A DNA stretch of 64,000 bases, taken from assembly GCF_009834535.1 (NCBI RefSeq), contig NC_045696.1, forward strand, positions 2,730,001 through 2,794,000, read 5' to 3'. This document shows positions 58,676 through 64,000 of the stretch, piece after piece. The stretch is from Camelus ferus (taxonomy: Eukaryota). Every line of letters begins with the position of its first letter. Within the stretch, counting starts at the first letter, position 1. The position numbers and the translations under genes were made by a program. The notes beneath the pieces were generated by a model. That model saw only the letters and a program-made list of their open reading frames with translations, was not told where the DNA came from and searched no databases.

Positions 58676-60639
58676 AGCCCTGATGAGCAAAGACCAGTGA
58701 GGGCGGCCTGGTCTGGTCTGACTGGAGCCCTGCCCCCTCCCCGGCCCCCAGCCTGGGCACTGACCAGCCCGGCCAGGCCTGCTCCCCAGCTCCTGACCCC
58801 GGAGCCCCGCAGCCCAGAGATGCTGGGCCCTCCTGCTGTCCCACTGGCATCCTGGGATCTCTGAACAGGGGCTGCTGGGCAAGGTAGGGGCACCCACAGA
58901 AAAGAATTCAACACGACACACGGCTCAGTCAGGGAGGCAGGGGTTCCCAGTGCTCAGATGCCAACAACAGAGAAAAACAAAAGGGCTCGGAGGCAATGGG
59001 AACTACTCACTGGGGCGGAAATTCCTAGGCTTATGTTTCTAGCATTTATTCACATGGGTTCCTTTAAGATCCTGATTACAACCTAAGAGCTACTTTCCCA
59101 GGCTCAGTTTTTACACAGAGGACACTACATACGAGTCATCATGACGTTAAGAGCCCGGGGAGGGAAAATGTCCCACCTCCCCCCTCATCATTCACGGTCC
59201 CCCAGCAGTTACGCCATCTGATTCCACTCGGATCCAGACCAACGGAGTTTCAAGTTGAGAGCTGGGGGCACCAGGTCTGTAAAGGGCCCGCTGGGAAACA
59301 TGTGTGGCTTCGTGGCCGCACCGTCTCTCTCGACATCTGCCTTTTCCTTTGAAAGCTATCGTGTAAGGCTCCTGGGCTGGAGGAAAACTGGCCACAGTGG
59401 GACCCGGGCCTGATGGCCAGCTGTCCAAGGAGACCTGTTGCACTTGGAAGACACAGCCCCACTGACAGGCACCCTCCAGCTCAGCTTTCACTCCCTGCGC
59501 ACGTGCGGAGCCCCGGCAGCCCCTCCCTCTCGGGCTGCCCCGCGCCCCAGCCAAGGCGGCTCCCAGCCGCTCTCAAAGGTGCTTTAGCTACTGAGCCCAA
59601 GTCCACGAGCAGAGAAACGCAGGAAACTCAGGCAATGTCAGTTTTAGTGGCTGTGAGAGGCAGCTATGAAGTCAGAAGAGGACTCAGGACAACAGCAAGT
59701 CACGAGACAGGGCAAACTCTCTCTCTAGATTTTTGAGCAGAATTACTAATCTTTCCCAGAACATTTAATTGATGATCCTTTTCTAAACTAAACCTGAATG
59801 TTAATAAAACTAAGAAAGCTGTCAAGGAATCCAACTGTCAAAATTCTATATTCAAAAAAAGAGATCTTTTCCAAGACACCTTGCAGGACACTAACTGTTC
59901 AGCACTAAGGCTCAGTAAATTGTCGTTCTGCATGTAGGAAGGCTTAGGTGACTGCAGCCTGGAAACACCAGCCACCTGCCTGCCTGTCCCGTCTCCTGGC
60001 TTCCTGTCCCATCCAGGGGAGGTGCTCGGTCAGTAACTCATTCTGAGGAATACATCTGTCCCAGAACTCACTTTACTTTTCAAACAAGGTTTGGGGAAGT
60101 ACCACTTGAAGTTTAACGTTCAAATAAAATCACAGACGTTAAATCCTGGTAAACAAAATCTATCCCCAAAACGTATTTCTGAGCCAAAGGTCCGTACGTG
60201 TCCACCAGAGACACAGCAAAATTCTAACAACAAAGTTGTTTAATGGTCTCAGAATCCATTTTAGTAATGGGCTGGTCTATCACAGCTGGCAGAATTTAAA
60301 ATTCACATCACAGCTTTGTTTTTAAGACCATGACTATCACTGGCAACATTAAACACTGACATTCAGAACTTTCATCATACACTTGCTGCTAAAGGGCAGT
60401 GGACACGTCTTAGGAAAAGTAGGAGCACAGTCCTTCAAGGTAAGGACTCTCCCACGGGACATCTTTCTCCCTGGGGAAGGAGGGAGCACCGCAGAAACGG
60501 GCCTGGCAGCACTACCCCGACCTGCCCTGGCTGGCACTTGGGAGGCCCAAGGCCCGAGGCCCGAGATGATCAAATAAACACACAAAATATCAGCGCCTAA
60601 GTGCTCCAAGGGGTCTGCAACATTAGGTCGGGCCGTAAA

Positions 60640-60797
60640 GCACGCACGCGTGTACACACACATATACACACACACATGCGCACACACGCACGCACATATA
60701 CGCACATACACGCAGACACAAACACATTCACACATACATGCGCACACGCACATACATGCACACACACACAACCACACACACGCAGATACACACACAC
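60640..60797. repeat. Imperfect (CA/CG/TA)n alternating purine-pyrimidine tract of about 155 bp
   Basis: Direct reading. Confidence 0.92.
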
Positions 60798-60987
60798 CCC
60801 AGAACCACCAAACCGCGTGAGACCTGAGGTAAGTGTTTAAAATGAGAAACGTGGATTATGTAAATACATGAAAACACATGTGGTAACACTGACACCAAAC
60901 AGCTTAATTGAATTTTATGTAAAAATGCATGCATTTCCCACTAAGGTAGGTTCCACATGACGCGTTGTGGGAAATGCTGTCCTGGAT

Positions 60988-61198
60988 CAGTACTTCACAA
61001 CCTGGGGGATTTCTGTCCCCTGGGGAACTTTTGGCAACATCTGAACACAGTTCGGTTGTTACAACTGGGGGTGGGGTCCCACTGGCACCTAGCAGGGAGG
61101 GACCAGGAACGTTGCTGAATCCTACAGCGCACAGGACAGTCTCCACAGCACGAGGCGCCCAGCCCCAAATGCCAGCGGGGCCACAGCTCGGGACCCTG
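60988..61198 (+). mobile_element. Second MER20 copy
   Basis: cagtacttcacaacctggggg...tttggcaacatctg...ggttgttacaactggggg...gcacaggacagt...ccaaatgccagc. Confidence 0.75.
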
Positions 61199-62762
61199 CC
61201 CAGGGGACCACAGGGGTGTTTTACGCGGCAATAAACTCTGCTGAAATAAATGTTCGTTTTTTTTTTTTCCAAAAATGTATACATAAACACATAACTGAAT
61301 TTAGAATAATGCAAAGTTAAACTCCTGACTTTAATTCAAACAAAAATACAAGCCCTGATAAAACGTCTCAGACGACGTGTGACATGTATTGAGGGCTTAC
61401 CAAGCTCTCATTAAGGCAGGGTTTTTTCAAGTCTGATCAGACTGTTCAGGAAACTGCGATCACAGTTCCTCCCAATCTCTGGCCCCTCTGAGTGACCCCA
61501 CCGCACTGCAGACCCTGCTGAAAGGGGGACCCGGAGCCCCTGGCCCACAGGTCAGCCCCCAGGAGACACAAAAGGAAAGAGCTTTGTCCCTCTCTCCCCG
61601 GGGTGCACTGGGAAAACAGGCCAAGGATGCGGTGGGCAGAGCAGGAGGGCAGTGGATCCTGGCGCGGCCCACGCCGTGGGTCCATCCACCCAGGGCCCCG
61701 CACTGGGGTGGCCCCTGCATCCCTTTTTTCCTTCTTCCGGTGTGACCCCAAACCCCTGGCCCTGGAGCCAGCCTGCTCCCTGCCACCCTGGGGCCTGACG
61801 ACGCAAACAGTGAAAGCTGAATTTCCTACAAGGCACCCCAGCCTCACCTCATGAGGCTCTGCAGGGCCAGAGGCTGCACCAAGTAACGTGCACCTTTTGG
61901 GGGACGGGGGTGGGGCGTCACCCTGAGCAGAAATAATCTCCCCACAAGTCCACATGGATCAGCTGGGGAGGGAGGGCAAGGTCTGGTGTCTGGACCTGCA
62001 GGGCGAGCACCTCCTGTCACTTCAAGAAAGACTCGAGGCAATAAAGTGGCTGCAACAGTTTTACTTACACACAGGCCCTCAGTCTTGCAACCTGAGAGAG
62101 CAGGACTTTTCAGGATTTTGACAAATCCTGAGGACCTTTTCCCCAAGGAATCCTAGATGGAGTCGGGCAGCTGCTCTGTCCCCTCCCGGGTCCCCCAGGG
62201 GCATCCTCAGAACCATGATGCTTCCTCAGCGGGGTCTGAAGCCCCCACTGGACAGCATGTTTGCCGCACCAGCACTCGGCCCTCTGTGAGTGAACCTGCC
62301 AGAAAGTGACTTGGCGGGTGGGACTGCCACCTTGACTCCAGGAGCGGCTCAGGCCGAGGTACCCCCTCCCGCTGCTTGCAGGGCAGCTTGGCTGGTGTGG
62401 CCTCCCTGAAGCCTGTGCAGCCAGGCCTCTCCAACCAAGTGACCATGCCTCTAGGCCCTTGAATGTAGATTCTAACAATTTCCAAATGGAACCTCTTCTA
62501 CACTGTATTTCCCTTCCTATGTCTTCCTAAACAGCGTGTACAAGACAGAACCATCACAGCCGCGAGTCGTCACACTGGGGTCAACAGCATCCCCACGCAG
62601 CCTCACCCCGCTATACACCAGACCGCAAGCTCTGAGCTCCCTTATCTGCACTGGTTTTATTTCCTCATCACCTTTGCTATCAGCAACTATTTGAGGAAGG
62701 AAAAAAGAGGCACATATATATTCCTACTAAGGGATGGGCTGAGAGTAAACTGAGTCCTAGTG

Positions 62763-63150
62763 CAGAGGTTCTTAACTTGCTCTCTGTGAACCTGAATAAG
62801 AAATAAAAATCACATCGTTATTTGCAATAACAGCTGGCTGACATTCAGCACTCATTCAACTATGAAGGCAGACACGAAATCCCGGAGTGTTAATGGCAGC
62901 TGTGACTTCTTCACCAACAGAAGCCACAGGTGTCTTCACAGCACTACCACAGCAATCGCACACTGTCAGTGACACCCATCAGCACCCAGAAAGAGATGGC
63001 TGAGCCTGTGTTCAGTCTGTTACTAAGGGAGCCAATAAGGTGGCATTTAAGGAAACTTATCACCAATTTGGTTCAATATTTTGATAACGAAAGTTGAGTA
63101 TAACAGGTTCTCTTCTTGATCCTATTTTACTTTTTCTAAAACAGCTGCAG
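62763..63150. mobile_element. Possible hAT-Charlie-type DNA transposon remnant
   Basis: CAGAGGTTCTTAAC terminal-like motif and degenerate internal similarity (recall only). Confidence 0.35.
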
Positions 63151-63641
63151 TGAGGAAGTCTGGAGGCCAGGAGAGCACAGGGAAACGCCCAGGGCAGACG
63201 CTTTGCTTCACTCTAGTGGTTTCAAGGTTTTCTTTTAAACAGTTTCAATTAGTCTGCAACAAAAGTGACAGTTATAACTAGACCGTTACTATTTACACAG
63301 TTCCTTTCACTATTCTTAAGTAGTACTTTTCTGAAGTTACAACAGAGATACAAGAGTGTAAATGTATGTACCCTTGGGGACACGAACCCAACAAATGCGT
63401 TGGAATCCACTACCATTAACCATGCAACCGGCTGAAACTGAAATCATCAGCACAGAATGTTAATCTTTTAAGTCATATTTCACCAACTATATTTCATCCA
63501 TTCTAATTCCCACTTTTAAATCTCTGAAGTAGTAAGTCCTTCCACTGGTGCATTCAGAAAGCACCGTGTCAGTCAGTATTACACAATGGTACATCGTAGA
63601 TTCAACCAAATATTGTAACAGAAGTATCCACTCTCTGTAAA

Positions 63642-63674
<33 letters not shown>

Positions 63675-64000
63675 TGATGAAAGGCAGATCTGCGTCAGTC
63701 TGCCATCTTCCAATCAACGTACAATTGGATTGGGAGCATCACCAATACCTGTACTAGCAGAATGGCCACATCTCACCTCCACTGTTCCACATGACACTTA
63801 CAATGTGTTATACAAAATGCTATGTGTTATATAAATACGTCATTTTTCAATATGTCAGGAAAAAAATCATATTTATACCCAACAAAAGTTGAAGGTTTCG
63901 TTTACCCTGAAGTGGCAAGTACTCACTTCCTAAGAAAAAAACAGTGAAGCTGAGTCTTAGGCTCTAAGTTATTAATTATAGCCCGTTTCATACGGCAATT

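Noticed and set aside
58169..58921. K/E/R-rich and F/L/S-rich ORFs
   Set aside because: Translations of the GAAA low-complexity tract.
63643..63710. Poly(A) run followed by GTGATGA and a GGCAGA...TCTGCC hairpin, considered as a snoRNA or retrocopy
   Set aside because: The C-box-like motif is on the strand opposite to the host gene, with no suitably placed D box, terminal stem or TSD; the stem is only 6 bp.

Overview
Mammalian, GC-rich genomic DNA. The tRNA-derived SINEs and young L1 look camelid-like, which is an inference. The window holds two convergent (tail-to-tail) genes, in the same arrangement as on human chr21q22.3. On the + strand is the 3' part of CBS (cystathionine beta-synthase): 12 constitutive coding exons from 324 to 11854 plus an intact 42-nt cassette exon at 10277-10318; the 5' exons lie upstream of the window. 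On the - strand is the complete coding region of PKNOX1/PREP1 (TALE homeobox): 10 coding exons, 49949 to 26053, 1311 nt = 436 aa; non-coding exon 1 was not located. All exons were placed by hand using GT-AG sites and reading phase. The main anomaly is one extra base in the CBS exon at 6902-7011. It shifts the frame inside the regulatory Bateman domain, and an upstream in-frame cryptic acceptor at 6854 could rescue it. It may be a real allele or an assembly error. The rest is introns, UTRs, L1/L2/MaLR/Tigger1/MER20/SINE repeats and simple repeats. I found no convincing novel multi-gene system; most ORFs in the supplied track are GC-rich noise.
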